Below are positions 39,607 to 51,720 of a stretch of DNA of 64,000 nt, in pieces. The stretch spans positions 19,075-83,074 of the forward strand of contig MCFE01000388.1 in NCBI GenBank assembly GCA_002104905.1, given 5' to 3'. Each line of letters begins with the position of its first letter. The stretch's first letter is position 1. A program made the translations under genes and the position numbers. The stretch is from Basidiobolus meristosporus CBS 931.73. Lineage: Eukaryota; Fungi; Basidiobolomycota. Under the pieces are notes generated by a model. It ran no database searches. It saw only the letters and a list, made by a program, of their open reading frames with translations, and was not told the origin of the DNA.

Positions 39607-41730
39607 GGTAGACAAGTAGGGAAACGAGCAAAATTGCTTCTAATAGAAAATTTGTTCAAGAGAGTGGACTATCCGCGGTAACAAGACACTGGAGTAGCGT
39701 TTTTGATGTCTCCAAGTGTAACCAAACGTCAAAGTATATAATACAATCAGTTGTTTTTTACAGCTTTGTTTACCTTTTGCCATGAGAATCATAATATTGG
39801 GAGTAGAATCTATTGGGTTACCGTCGAGTGCTAAATGGTAATTAAACCGTGACTAGCTTATAACCATAATGCCTAAATTGAACAAGGGTTTAAACATCAT
39901 GCGTTTCGGGGAAAATGGTTAAGTTTAAACAACAATCGTGTTTGGAGGAAATCAGTGGTTTGACATCATGACCTGCCTGACTCTTACAACAAGACCCCAT
40001 GATTGCAGAAACGAATCATCAATGTGCTTTTTCTTCCTTGATTCGTGTCTAGTCGCTTCTGTTTCGGCTATTCTGATTCATCATGGACCATATGTGTACT
40101 TATGTTTCACTAGCTCAGCGGTTATTATATTTGGCCATATGTCTTAAACCTCACGGGTGTGGTTTGTGAGCTATTGGATTGGATTTAAACTCTTGAGTCA
40201 CCCGTGATGCCTAGTCCATCGGAAACGGATTTTTCAACTGATATATAATCGGGATTGCCTTGGTGATATTCAACATGATCTAGCCAGGGCATTATGACAT
40301 CCAGTATTGCTAACTGCTTTATCTTATAGTATCTACAGCTTGCGAGCACCCAGTAAGCTCCTTTCTCTTGCGGGTTTTGTAACTAACTAGTTGCTGCTAG
40401 GTCCTACCTTAGCCCATCCTACCGCTAAATCTTTTCACATATCGCCCACCATGCAGCTCACGCCTTTTCGATCAGCGTATTTGGACTACCTTTCTTCGTT
40501 CTGGCCATTAGCTCATACAACAAACGCTGCCAGTTAGACTGCTGCCGTGCCTCCCCTTCGCGTCTGTCCACAAAGGAATTAGCTACCCGGGCATTTTCAG
40601 CGTATTGTCCCAATCGTCGAAGCCTCATTTATTTGTGTCAATATGTCAAGCTTACTGTGGAATAGCCATGTTTACTTGGGTTCTAATCAAATTTAGTATT
40701 CCAATGATGACCGCAAGCTGGTGACTCTGGAGTGATCGATGTGCGCACGCCAATCGTGGCTTTGGTGTGAATTCATGTAATGATTAGTTGTATACATAGA
40801 TAATGTAATTTTGGTTCTTGTAAATATATTATATCTTTGAACACCAACTCTATTAAAATGACTTCAGACAATGTCAGCATACTTGAAGATCTATTTAAAT
40901 ACTCGTAATGTACTGTGTTCTCATGTTGAGATGGATACTTCAGAATCCGATGTTCATGCACTGGACGGTTCGCTTACGATGAACTGTTTGCCAGCACATC
41001 TGCTTACACAAGCACCAGTTCCGAGGAACACTCTTGGGATAGGGCTAGATAGAAGAATAGACAGGGATAGTGTGGATTACAAAAAGGTATAAAGAGGTTG
41101 CATGAGATATGCTAGTAGTCATTGCTAAACCAATATAGCCCTGGTGTTTTTTTACTCCCTCAAAGCAGTCCGATGCCATGCGAAGTCTAAACCGAGGTGG
41201 CCAGAGTCAGGCTAGAGTAAACTTGCACATCTGCACCCAAGGAATCTACCCGGAACAAGCCAGCTCCCTTTGGGCCACGCTTTGTCGTCTTATATCTGAC
41301 GGGAAGTTGGGGTGTACTAACGGTAGAACTACAGGTAATCACATAGTTCTTTACTGTGATTGGGGCGATCTTTATCAGGTAACACAGTTGCGTAGGAGCA
41401 TATTTGGTTGATAGAACTGAAGGCAGCTTTCCTAGGTGCGGCAGATTTTGAATAGTGTTGAGCAGGGGTTGCTAAAAGAAACGACGCTTGGTATCTGGAG
41501 ATTGGGGGAGTTCTTAGGGTGCATGTAGCAGAGTGTAACAACAATAAACTATTGCCAACTAGGTGGGTGAAGTGCAACTCGTCAGGCAAATGATATGTAG
41601 CTAACCAAACCAAGTGGCATGTACCAATGCATATTACATTTAGTCCGAACAAATCAATCATATCGCCATTAAGCAGTTTAGATCCGAAAATTGGGTGTCG
41701 AGGGGCTGCTACAATGTCGGCGAAGGATGC

Positions 41731-41796
41731 CAGTGTCAACCATTGGAGTGCTGGTGCAGTGTCAACCATTGGAGTGCTGGTGCAGTGTCAACCATT
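41731..41796. repeat. Tandem direct repeat, 26-bp unit x2.5
   Basis: CAGTGTCAACCATTGGAGTGCTGGTG twice plus CAGTGTCAACCATT; no spacers. Confidence 0.9.
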
Positions 41797-42166
41797 AGGA
41801 TTAGCGTTTAGGCAGATTGGTTAGAGTTTGTGGAAACAGTTCAGGGTGATGTTCAATACGAGCTAGGATAGCCATAGCCTCGAACATGGGTCAACTTCCT
41901 TTCCCTATTTGGATTCATTGAAGTCCAATCAAAGCCAATTGCTCATAACGATTAGCCGAGAACCAGTGAGACTGTTTGACTGGGTCAATTTTGACCCCCT
42001 GAACATTTTGTATATATGACCGCTTGCATGTACAGGTGCTCATCTTGATTCTACAAAAATCCTCATCTTTGCATATCTGCCAAGTCTTTGGAGTTTCGGA
42101 TAACATAGCTACGGTCACGTTTCAACCAGTCTATACCATCGTATACCCTTCACTATCTTTGCTGGT

Positions 42167-43465
42167 ATGGACGTAAAACACCACTCTTTCGATAACTTAG
42201 AGACCGAGTCTTTTTGGCAAAAAAAGCCCGCTTTAAAGCGCAATGGTTTCGGTGAAGAAAGAGGGTTTAACCACCTTAGTATCAAGGTGTCCGAGCCTCA
42301 AGGCGACCCAGCCTTGCTTTTCAAATATGACGACTTCTCACCAATGATCGAATCGTTTGCCAATACCCTGGCGGCGCCTATTCCTTCGGACAACCAGTTC
42401 CCTTCACCAACACCAACACCTACCTTTTCCAAGTTTGTGAAGTCGCCGTACCAACAACACCCCTTAAGCCAAGTCGTAAACCAATCTGACATCAACTTGG
42501 CGGCCAGTATGTTGGCCGCTAACACTCCGACCAACCCGACTTTTGCCAACCTTCAATCACCCGCATTTTCAGCTTGGCCATACTCTTCGCCCATATCACC
42601 GGCTTTCCCAACAGCGTTGAACGATATGGGTTTCAACAATTCAATGGCCACTAGCCCCACCAGTCTCGCCATGGATCCGCTCTATACCAGCATGCATCTT
42701 CCTACTACCCTGCCATATGGAATAGACTCTGATCTGCAGAAGATCGATGCTAGCGCGCCAATTCATCCCGAGAATTTTGTTTCTGAGCTTGCCACCAATG
42801 TTAGCCCTTTCCTGCTACAAAGCCCCGGATTTATGACCGGATCGCCGTCACCTCAGATAGTTCCGGACCAGCCATCCCCTACGTTCACCTCCACCTTAAT
42901 CACGCCAACCACATACGTACCTTGGGAAGTAGGACTCGTAAATCCACAGAGTGGGATCATCGACTTCTCCACTCCGCAAACCCCCATTAAGTTTGAGATC
43001 CCAGAGCTGCCCAAAGGTTCCTCTGTACCTGGTCAACATTCGTACGAGAAAAAACCCGAATCCTACCAGACCCCAAGCTCCAGTACCACCGACAACCCGC
43101 AAATATACACCTGTAACTATCCAAATTGTAAGAAGATCTTTTCGTGTGTATACAACTTGAGATCGCATTATCGCATCCATTCTACGGAGCGACCATTCAA
43201 ATGTGACTCCTGTCGACAGAGCTTCAGCCGTAACCACGATCTGAAGCGCCACCAGAAGATCCACCTGGGCATCAAACCGTACCGGTGCACCAAATGCGAC
43301 CGCACCTTTGGAAGGTTGGATGCGTTGAAAAGGCACACACTGGTCAAGAGGTGCGCGGAGAAGTGCAACAAGGAGAAGCCACGCACGGCCCATGTAGAAG
43401 CGAATCTGGTGGCGAAGCCAGACACCACATCTAACCCTGCCAACTCTTCACCATCGGATTCGTAA
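42167..43465 (+). CDS. C2H2 zinc-finger transcription factor (three fingers, Crz1-like C-terminus), single exon
   Basis: CNYPNCKKIFSCVYNLRSHYRIH-STERPF-KCDSCRQSFSRNHDLKRHQKIH-LGIKPY-RCTKCDRTFGRLDALKRH; Ser/Pro-rich N-terminus. Confidence 0.85.
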   Translation: MDVKHHSFDNLETESFWQKKPALKRNGFGEERGFNHLSIKVSEPQGDPALLFKYDDFSPMIESFANTLAAPIPSDNQFPSPTPTPTFSKFVKSPYQQHPLSQVVNQSDINLAASMLAANTPTNPTFANLQSPAFSAWPYSSPISPAFPTALNDMGFNNSMATSPTSLAMDPLYTSMHLPTTLPYGIDSDLQKIDASAPIHPENFVSELATNVSPFLLQSPGFMTGSPSPQIVPDQPSPTFTSTLITPTTYVPWEVGLVNPQSGIIDFSTPQTPIKFEIPELPKGSSVPGQHSYEKKPESYQTPSSSTTDNPQIYTCNYPNCKKIFSCVYNLRSHYRIHSTERPFKCDSCRQSFSRNHDLKRHQKIHLGIKPYRCTKCDRTFGRLDALKRHTLVKRCAEKCNKEKPRTAHVEANLVAKPDTTSNPANSSPSDS

Positions 43466-45375
43466 CTTTAACCTTGGTCATGTATGATTAGCGAGCGCTT
43501 GGTGCGTTTGCGGCCTGATTGTTCGACCATATTACTCTTGTACATATTCTTTGAATAGAATCTGACTTCCCATCACTGCATGTATACCTCCTGACATTTT
43601 GACCAAATCCTATAAAATCTAGACCTGCACTTTTGCAACCGCATCACGCCCATATATGTTAGTAGAGTTATGGGGAATATACTAGACTAGCTTCATTCGG
43701 TGCTTGCTGAATGGAGAATGATAAATATATCCAGATTGTCTGGAGAGTGTTCTTGTTCTGCACAAGTATTTATTTGGCAATGATACGCATACTTTCTTGA
43801 GCCCCTGATTGACCATGATTGGCCACGATTGGGCTTTGGAATGTCGGAAATTGTTCGAGCAGCAGTGTTACATTTGAGGTAGGTTCTAGTCAATCGAATA
43901 AGGCGCCAGGTGAATCAGTGCAGTGAAGCTTCAGTTCCTCAGACTTCTAACCTGATTCCTAAACTTTACTGCAATCCCAGGAAATACGCTAATTCGGGTT
44001 TATCAGCGTTGTTGTGGGGGGGGGTATGGCATCTACTCACTTGCCATTGGCACGCTCCGATCATTAGCCACGCACCACCTTTTCTCAACTACGCACCATA
44101 ACCTTTTACCAAATTCAAATGGTAATAACACTGGGATTGGCTTATTGTTATAATTAATACTCTCATTTATTAATTGTAATACAGATGTTCAACACCATCA
44201 TGTATCCGACTAGACCAACCTCCCGCCAGCTCTGGTTGAACCTTCGGTGCAAGGAATCTTCCAAGTGGTGGAAAATCCAGATTCCCAGCTTGGTTAGTTG
44301 TTGGAATATTGGCTTGTAGGATATATACTTGTGCAAGTTATCAAATGAGCCCCAAGCCTGCATCAGCTATCAGGGTCCTCAAAATACACTTAATCTACTT
44401 CCACCCAATAAATCAATGGGCCAGTTTCATACAAATCTTCTAGCCCTCCAAATCACCCTCAATACTCACAAAATCTCTCAGTAGACCTTTCATATTGCTC
44501 AAGTAGCTCTATGACTCCAAATACTATCATACGAAGTTCCCGCCGAACGGGGGAAATTTTGGTATTTCAAAGCAGCCCCCATTCCCGTTTCCACTTCTGT
44601 ACCAACTGCATGTTGATTGTCAGTAGAGTTACTCTTGAGACTGAGTGCTTTGAAAGGATCAGAACAAGCAGAATGGCTCACTGCATTGAAATGGAGATGA
44701 CATAGTGTTGTGCTGCTGTTGGACATCCTCATTCAATAAGGTGCAATGATCCAAAATAAGGATCTGATGAATTTACAAGGTTCGGTGAAGTCCCTATGTA
44801 TTGGTTTTGTCAGCACAAGTCAGACTTGTGTAATTTCGGTCGATATTCCTGCCAAGTTAGCACTCGAACATAGTTTAGTCGGTGGTATAAATAACCTGAC
44901 AAAGCTGGCTTCACCATGGTAATAAATTGTATATATTCCGGAAAAAGCCATCATAAGCGTTAAAATAGATTCCCGAAAAAGCAATTTTTGAGGATGAAGA
45001 TGCATGCCGAACGTTTCATCCTCATTGATTGTGCACAGTGTGAGCGGCACGGGTTCACAAATTTAGAGTTTAAGCTTAGATGTATCTAAAGGTGGCCCGT
45101 AATGCAACCTCCAACCTGTTTTCCTTGTTCCGCACGAGAGACTCCAACGAATGCGAGCTACAGACCAGGGAATTCAGCTCTGGTTTTGGATCCCACGCCT
45201 CTCCAATCCAGCACAGTCGGAGCGAAGTAGAGTTAACAATTGAAAATTCGTACCACTCGCCCGTTTTAATTTATATAATTTTGGAAGAACGTGTCCAGGG
45301 AAGTTGGTATAAATGCCGCACGACCACTGTATGGCGAGAGCATCTCTCTACGTATCCAAGACACATCCGAGTGCA

Positions 45376-46677
45376 ATGAGATTCAATTCTCCCATGATGC
45401 AGGTCCTATTAGTGGGCTTTGCATGCTTCTGCTGCCCTGGTATGTTCAATGTCATCAACAGTTTGGGCGCTGGGGGCCAAATGGACGACAATACAGCCAA
45501 GAATGGAAATGTCGCCCTCTACGCTTGCTTTGCCATCTTCGGAGTCTTCGGTGGTGCTATTCATAACGTCCTTGGTAGCCGTTGGACTATGGTTTGTGGT
45601 GGCCTCACATACGCTCTTTACTCGGGATCCCTTGTTCACTACAGTCAATATCATCAACCTGCTTTCGTTATCATTGCCAGTGCTATCCTTGGTATCGGTG
45701 CTGGGATGTTCTGGACTGCTCAAGGAACAATCATGATGTCCTACCCATCAGAGAATCAGAAAGGCCGCGCTGTCGGAATCTTTTGGATTGTCTTCAATCT
45801 GGGCTCCGTTCTCGGCTCGTTCATTCCTTTCGGCCTGAACTTTCACTCTACTCTTGACCACGTCAGTACTGCTACATACTACGTATTGATGGTTATTATG
45901 ATTATCGGTGCCTTGTTGGGCTTCGGGTTGATCCCCCCGGAGAGAGTAGTCCGTGAGGATGGCTCGCGTGTACAAGTCTCCAAGTTTGAAAATGTTGGCG
46001 GTGAGATCGTTGAGATCCTCAAGCTATTCAAAAACAAGAATATGCTTCTCCTCTTCCCAATGTTCATCGCCTCCAACTGGTTCTACTCTTATCAGTTTGG
46101 TGCCGTCAACGGTGTTCTATTCAACGTTCGTACGCGCTCTTTCAACAACGCTTTCTACTGGGGCAGTCAAATGATCGGTGCCTATGGAATGGGTTGGTTA
46201 CTGGATAACACCAAGATTAACCGCCGCACTCGCGCCCTTTACGGCCTGACTGTTCTTGCTGTTCTCGCCACTGCTACTTGGGGCGGGGGCCTCGCTTTGC
46301 AGCTACAATATACCAGAGAAGATCATCCAAAAGATATTGACTTCATCAATGGCCCAGGCTGGGGTGGTAAATTCGTCTTGTACCTGTTTTATGGCCTTGT
46401 GGATGCTATCCTTCAAACATACGCCTACTGGTTGATGGGTGCTCTATCCAACGATACACATGTCCTTGCCCGTTATGCCGGATATTACAAGGGAATTCAA
46501 TCTGCCGGTGGTGCCATCTCTTGGGACATTGATGCCAAGGGTGGAGCATTCATGACCCAGTTGATTATCAATTGGGTGCTATGCACTATCTCCTTCCCCT
46601 TCTCATTCATAGTTGCAAAGAATATCCGCGATACCACTGAAGAGGATCATGAGAAGCACGACCTTGATCATTCTTAA
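45376..46677 (+). CDS. MFS transporter, UNC-93-like family, intronless
   Basis: FCCPGMFNVINSLGAGG, GGLTYALYSGS, GIGAGMFWTAQG, SYPSENQKGR, FNVRTRSFN, YAGYYKGIQSAG; about 11-12 hydrophobic segments. Confidence 0.88.
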   Translation: MRFNSPMMQVLLVGFACFCCPGMFNVINSLGAGGQMDDNTAKNGNVALYACFAIFGVFGGAIHNVLGSRWTMVCGGLTYALYSGSLVHYSQYHQPAFVIIASAILGIGAGMFWTAQGTIMMSYPSENQKGRAVGIFWIVFNLGSVLGSFIPFGLNFHSTLDHVSTATYYVLMVIMIIGALLGFGLIPPERVVREDGSRVQVSKFENVGGEIVEILKLFKNKNMLLLFPMFIASNWFYSYQFGAVNGVLFNVRTRSFNNAFYWGSQMIGAYGMGWLLDNTKINRRTRALYGLTVLAVLATATWGGGLALQLQYTREDHPKDIDFINGPGWGGKFVLYLFYGLVDAILQTYAYWLMGALSNDTHVLARYAGYYKGIQSAGGAISWDIDAKGGAFMTQLIINWVLCTISFPFSFIVAKNIRDTTEEDHEKHDLDHS

Positions 46678-47789
46678 TCTATATGAATAATATATAATAA
46701 AATTAATCTCTAGAATTTTGGTCAACTGCATATCATGAATGTTGAGATTTATAAACAATATAGGTGCTAAACTAGATAGCCCTAAGTTTTTGTTCAGCCA
46801 ATGTCTTAGTCCTGACAAAGAATTTGGACAGTAGGACTCATAAGCTATGATCTCAGTGACCAAGCTAATGGAATGTATATATGAAATCTGCAACAAGGCC
46901 ACCAGAGTCATCCTGTTCATCCCACAAGAATTTAACAAGGTAAAACTCATTCTTCTCAAACTACCTATACTACACGCTAGAGTTCTTATTTGGCCTACTG
47001 AGTTAGTGTTACGTTCAGTCTTGATTGCCTCAATTTATTATCACAGTAAAAAAGCTATTCATTATATAATCACATAGTTTGATTCTGTATTTGGGATTTT
47101 GGAGATGTTGGAAGTGACTGGAAAACCTTGTTTGTCATGTAATCTTCACTTAATAGTCTATTAAATGCAAAAGAGGTATTTATACTTTTGAAGGTTTCGG
47201 CAAGGAAATATGCGGAACATGTCCTTAGAACAATAAGGCTCGTAAATTAGGCTTTAAGTGACGAAGTTAATGTAACTATTTCTGCATAAACATGAAATTT
47301 ATAACAGATTCAACTAAGTACTACTTTGTATTCTATGCTCCAATACAAAAGCCATCAATTTCAGCGCTCTACTATTCTCAAAGGAACTTAGCTGTGCGCA
47401 GTATATGTATTATCGTAGCTAGTAACCGCAACGGCTTGAAATTTCGCATACTACTTCCTGGGGCATTCCTGAAAGTATCTCTAGCCCCACTATATTTCCA
47501 CTCAATAAATTCAAGAAGTGAAAATCACACTTTTTAATACCGCAGATCACTTACAGGTTTCCTAATCGATTTGCTATAACTACCTGATTAAGACCGATAA
47601 TTAAATAATGATCAGTGGCATTTGTTTCCCATGCCAAGTGAGACATTGGCTAGTCCAATGATTCCAGGGCTGTGGATTTAAGGTTTGGCTACGGAATTTC
47701 CCACACGTCATCGCTGCTCTCGACTATTTAAAAGTCTGTTTCCCGACCTGCCACTCACAAATCATTCCATTCAACCATCTAAAATCGTA

Positions 47790-50495
47790 ATGAATACTCA
47801 AGCAAAGCGAGCTGGTTCCTCGTATGAAGGAGCCCTGAGTGCGGTTACTGCGGTGAAGTTAAAGGAATTAGAGATCCAGAAGTTCAAACTCGATGCACAC
47901 TACAACCAAGTTCTAAAAGAGGCGGAGGAATGTCCCGAACTTCTGAAAAAACTGGATATCCTCTACAAAGGTATCAAGCAGGCTCCAGTCCCACAGCAGG
48001 ATTCTGCGCTTGAACTGGACAATGTAGAGATTCTGCTCGAACAAATCTCTGATGACCCTTCAACGAGTACCCAATTTATGCAATACTGGAGCGACCGGTT
48101 GACAAATGAAATTCAGTGCGCACAGCGACGTAGCGAATACGCGTTTCTCTACGGACGGCTCATATCGGAGTGGATATCCTCTGGTTCGGGTTTCACCGAT
48201 AATGCCACCACACCGGAAGACATGAAGCCGGAAACCCTAGCGGAGGAGGCCTCTGCGAAACTGGAGACGGAACAGCAGCTTCGGAGCATGATTTTCGCAC
48301 CCGCCAAGATTGAAGTGGAAAATGTCCAAGCTTTCCTACACAACGAGATCTTCAACTTCGACAGCAAAGAAGACAAGGAATTCCTAGAGACCATCCGCGA
48401 GGACGTGAGGCAATTTGGGGACAGCCTTTGCAATATAGTGGTATCGCAGGATACGGTCAAACACACTATCGATGGATTGCTGAAAACAGATCTCTTGTCG
48501 GCTGACAATCAGTCAATGCTACGGGAAGTCCGTACCAATGAGATGATCTTAATGGAGTTTGCATCGGTTTTGAATGTTTTGCTGCGCAACCTTAAGAACT
48601 GGCATTGGCCTGAAGAGGGTTTGCCCATAGAGCTTCGTCGAGGTATAAACGGGAAGTACCGCGCTTTCATGATGGAGGATATCATCACTGCCTTGTTTCT
48701 GCAGTACATCGGTGCCGAATGGTGTGTGTTTCTGAAGCAGAAATTCATTTCCATCTATGAATCGAATTTGTGGAGCAAACCAGATGTGCTTCACAAAGGT
48801 ACCATCGAAGGACATCGGCAGGCCCTCCAACGATCCACTTTCCTCTTATCATCGCTTCCTAATTCTGTCGAGGAGCAGGCTGTTAATGCCTACAGCGACG
48901 ACCACAACGACGCCACAGATGAAAAGGGTGGTGCAAAGAGTGCAATGGATATCAAGCATGGCCTTCTCCACTTGCTGAACGTGGAAGCTCGCCTACACCA
49001 AACGTTGAAGCCTGACCAGGCGTTCACTATAGTTCGTTCAGATTTCGAATGGTTCGGCCCCTCTATCCCGCATCAGGTGATCCTGGTATTTCTAGAATTC
49101 CTTGGTGTTCCCAAGCTATGGGTGGATTTCTTTCATCAATACCTAAAAACACCTGTGCTGCTCCCCTCAGACAAGACTATGCATGTGCGCCAGCGAGGAG
49201 TGCCGATTTCCTACTTGTTGTCCACCGTGTTTTCGGAGACCTTGCTATTTGGATTGGATCTGTACGTCAACCGCTCAACCGGCATCTTCCTTTACCGCAT
49301 CCACGATGACCTATGGTTCTGGGACAGCGACACCGAGAAGGTTGAGTTGGCATGGAACAACATCAACAGGTTCTCTGATGTTATGGGTCTTAAGCTTAAC
49401 TTGGAGAAGAGTGGCTCGGTGTCGATTTTCTCGAAAGAGAAGCTCAGCGAAATTGCCACCTCCGACGTCCCGATAAGCGGTTTGCCATCTCCCTCGCCAG
49501 TATATTATGGGCAAGGATCGCTTCCACAGGACACAGTGAAATGGGGATTTCTTGTTTTACACTCCGATGGAGCGTTCCATGTTGATCATTCGAGTATGAG
49601 AACGTACATTGAAGAGATGGAGGGCCGGCTAGCCGCTGCGAGCTCCATCATTGAATGGGTGAACACATTCAACAAATACATTGCGTTCTTTTTGCGGAAC
49701 TTTGGCAAATACGCTAATGTGTTCGGTACACAACACGCGGACCAAATCATCGAAGCGCTGAAGATGATCGAGTCTACAATCTTTAGAGAGTACAACGGCA
49801 ATATGCTCGCCCATGTGTCCTCCATGATCAAGGATCATATACCCTCGTTCCAGGAATGCAATATTCCCGACGCCTGGATGTACTGGCCCCTTACTTCCGG
49901 GGGACTGGGCCTAATCAGTCCGTTCCTAATGATAGTATTACTTCGGGCATCGTTGAAGTCCAACAAGTGTCCCGAGGGATTCAATCACCTACTGGAGAAG
50001 GATGCCATGCTGTATAATAAGCAAAAGGCTGCGTATGAGAAAGCTAGAGGTCCTGTATATCGCTATGCAGACAGTGAATGGGACGAGCTCGATGATGTCG
50101 ATTCCGACGACAAACAATTCGCAGGGATACTTGTGGAGGAGAGAGCAGAAGATGGCCACAAGGTCAAAAGAATGCTCTCCTTTGAAGAATACTGCGAGGG
50201 TCGCGAGTCTAGACTTGCGCATTGGTATGCATTGTATGAAGAACTACTCTCGAATACACAATTTGAAGTGCCATCGTTGCCAATGCCAATGTCCGAAAAC
50301 TACTATGACCTTACCAGTCGAATGGATGGTGGCGATTCCGACGGAGATCTAGGCACTTATTGGAAATGGATCGTGTGCCATTATTCCAGCCAGCTCCTTA
50401 GCATGTTTGGAAATCTTCACTTCATGAATTCAGAGTTGGTTCCCATGGGCTTATTGTCTGTACTGAAGACCATGAAAGTGAAGTTTGAGGAGTAA
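47790..50495 (+). CDS. rvt: Cellular reverse-transcriptase-related protein of the rvt family (about 901 aa), intronless
   Basis: N-terminal LSAVTAVKLKELE coiled coil; GKYRAFMMEDIITALFLQYIG; RT motifs SDFEWFGPSIPH, RGVPISYLLS and LYRIHDDLWFW (HDD catalytic variant); WMYWPLTSGGLGL; C-terminal YWKW. No endonuclease, RNase H, integrase or LTR/TSD seen. First ATG at 47790 (the ORF-track start is TTG). Confidence 0.88.
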   Translation: MNTQAKRAGSSYEGALSAVTAVKLKELEIQKFKLDAHYNQVLKEAEECPELLKKLDILYKGIKQAPVPQQDSALELDNVEILLEQISDDPSTSTQFMQYWSDRLTNEIQCAQRRSEYAFLYGRLISEWISSGSGFTDNATTPEDMKPETLAEEASAKLETEQQLRSMIFAPAKIEVENVQAFLHNEIFNFDSKEDKEFLETIREDVRQFGDSLCNIVVSQDTVKHTIDGLLKTDLLSADNQSMLREVRTNEMILMEFASVLNVLLRNLKNWHWPEEGLPIELRRGINGKYRAFMMEDIITALFLQYIGAEWCVFLKQKFISIYESNLWSKPDVLHKGTIEGHRQALQRSTFLLSSLPNSVEEQAVNAYSDDHNDATDEKGGAKSAMDIKHGLLHLLNVEARLHQTLKPDQAFTIVRSDFEWFGPSIPHQVILVFLEFLGVPKLWVDFFHQYLKTPVLLPSDKTMHVRQRGVPISYLLSTVFSETLLFGLDLYVNRSTGIFLYRIHDDLWFWDSDTEKVELAWNNINRFSDVMGLKLNLEKSGSVSIFSKEKLSEIATSDVPISGLPSPSPVYYGQGSLPQDTVKWGFLVLHSDGAFHVDHSSMRTYIEEMEGRLAAASSIIEWVNTFNKYIAFFLRNFGKYANVFGTQHADQIIEALKMIESTIFREYNGNMLAHVSSMIKDHIPSFQECNIPDAWMYWPLTSGGLGLISPFLMIVLLRASLKSNKCPEGFNHLLEKDAMLYNKQKAAYEKARGPVYRYADSEWDELDDVDSDDKQFAGILVEERAEDGHKVKRMLSFEEYCEGRESRLAHWYALYEELLSNTQFEVPSLPMPMSENYYDLTSRMDGGDSDGDLGTYWKWIVCHYSSQLLSMFGNLHFMNSELVPMGLLSVLKTMKVKFEE

Positions 50496-51098
50496 GTGTC
50501 TGTGTAGATGGTGTTGGTGTTATATACCCTACCTTTTTGTAATAAATCCTCCCTATTTTGTCTTATTTGACAAAATCCAATCCATACTAATATTAATCCA
50601 TTTCAGCTGTACGTAAATCTGCAGTATTATTCACAGAAATATAATGAATTTCTCCCTTCTCTGTAATTTTTGCCCTATTATGAAGAAAAGCAAGTAATGG
50701 TTCTTCACCGATGGTTAACATCAGTATATGTTGATTATATGGATGAGCTAATCATTAATAAGGCAATCATTCAGAATTCATGTTGCTAACTAGATCTTCA
50801 CTCACTCTAATTTCCTACTAACCAAGCCACTGTGTTTGTAATCTTGTGCACCACTCAGTTGATTATTACGTGATAGAATTTACGGTTCATTGGAAATTTT
50901 GGTGGAAAATGCCATCAGTTAAGGTGGCTTAGATAGACTGCTCGACTACCTACCTCTAAACCCCATTCTCGGTATAAAATGCCCATCTTGGTAGCTCTAC
51001 TTATCATCAACTGACTATTTCCACAGCACATTTCCAACAGGCCCTTCAACAGACAGCATCTTGAATTTGACGGTGAATACCAAGATGGCTTGACCGGT

Positions 51099-51419
51099 AG
51101 AAATAGCCAACAGAACTACCCTCGCTCTCGCTATGGACGTCAGTATGAGCAAGATGAGTGTGATAACGAGTACCAAAGAGAAAGAAATGACCAACAAAAC
51201 TATCCCTGTTCTCGCTTTGGTCGCCAATATGAGGAGGATGAATACGATGATTACGAAATAGGAGTTTCCCGCAGAAATGGTCAACAGTACTATCCTCGCT
51301 CTTGCCATGAACGCCAGTATGACCAGGATGAGCTTGACAACGAGCATGAGAGAGGGGTTTACCGCAGAAATGGTCAACAGAACTATCCTTGTTCTCGATT
51401 CGATCGTCAGTATGAGTAA
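51099..51419 (+). repeat. Four degenerate 84-93-bp tandem units encoding an RNxQQNYPxSRxxRQYExDE peptide repeat
   Basis: Units start at 51099, 51183, 51273 and 51366. Length differences are multiples of 3, many differences are synonymous in the + frame, and the frame is open from about 51018 to TAA at 51419. Confidence 0.8.
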
Positions 51420-51720
51420 GCTTTTTATGTAAGAAGAAATGAGTATTACAGTCCCTCCTATTGTATCTTAAAATGTGATGAACTTGACACTTGCTAGGAA
51501 TTATTCCCAATAAATAGCATATTTGTCCTAAGAAATTGATCTTGTGTGGTCAACCATCCAATGAGAATCGATGGAACGAAGGAGGCTTTTTTGATTCAGT
51601 GCATGTGTAGCACTCCATAAGCTTTTGATCATTAATGCTACATCGAAGTCTTTATGGTGTTACTCTTGAGTGTATGAAGTGGACAAGGATGGTGCGAATG
51701 CTGCTTGTCTATGACCTCAA

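Noticed and set aside
41731-41796. 26-bp direct repeats as a CRISPR-like array
   Set aside because: Head-to-tail with no spacers, no cas genes, eukaryotic context.
42896-43443. Long ORFs antisense to real genes (here and at 14879-15424, 48149-48830, 51015-51510)
   Set aside because: Shadow frames of genuine coding or repeat sequence.
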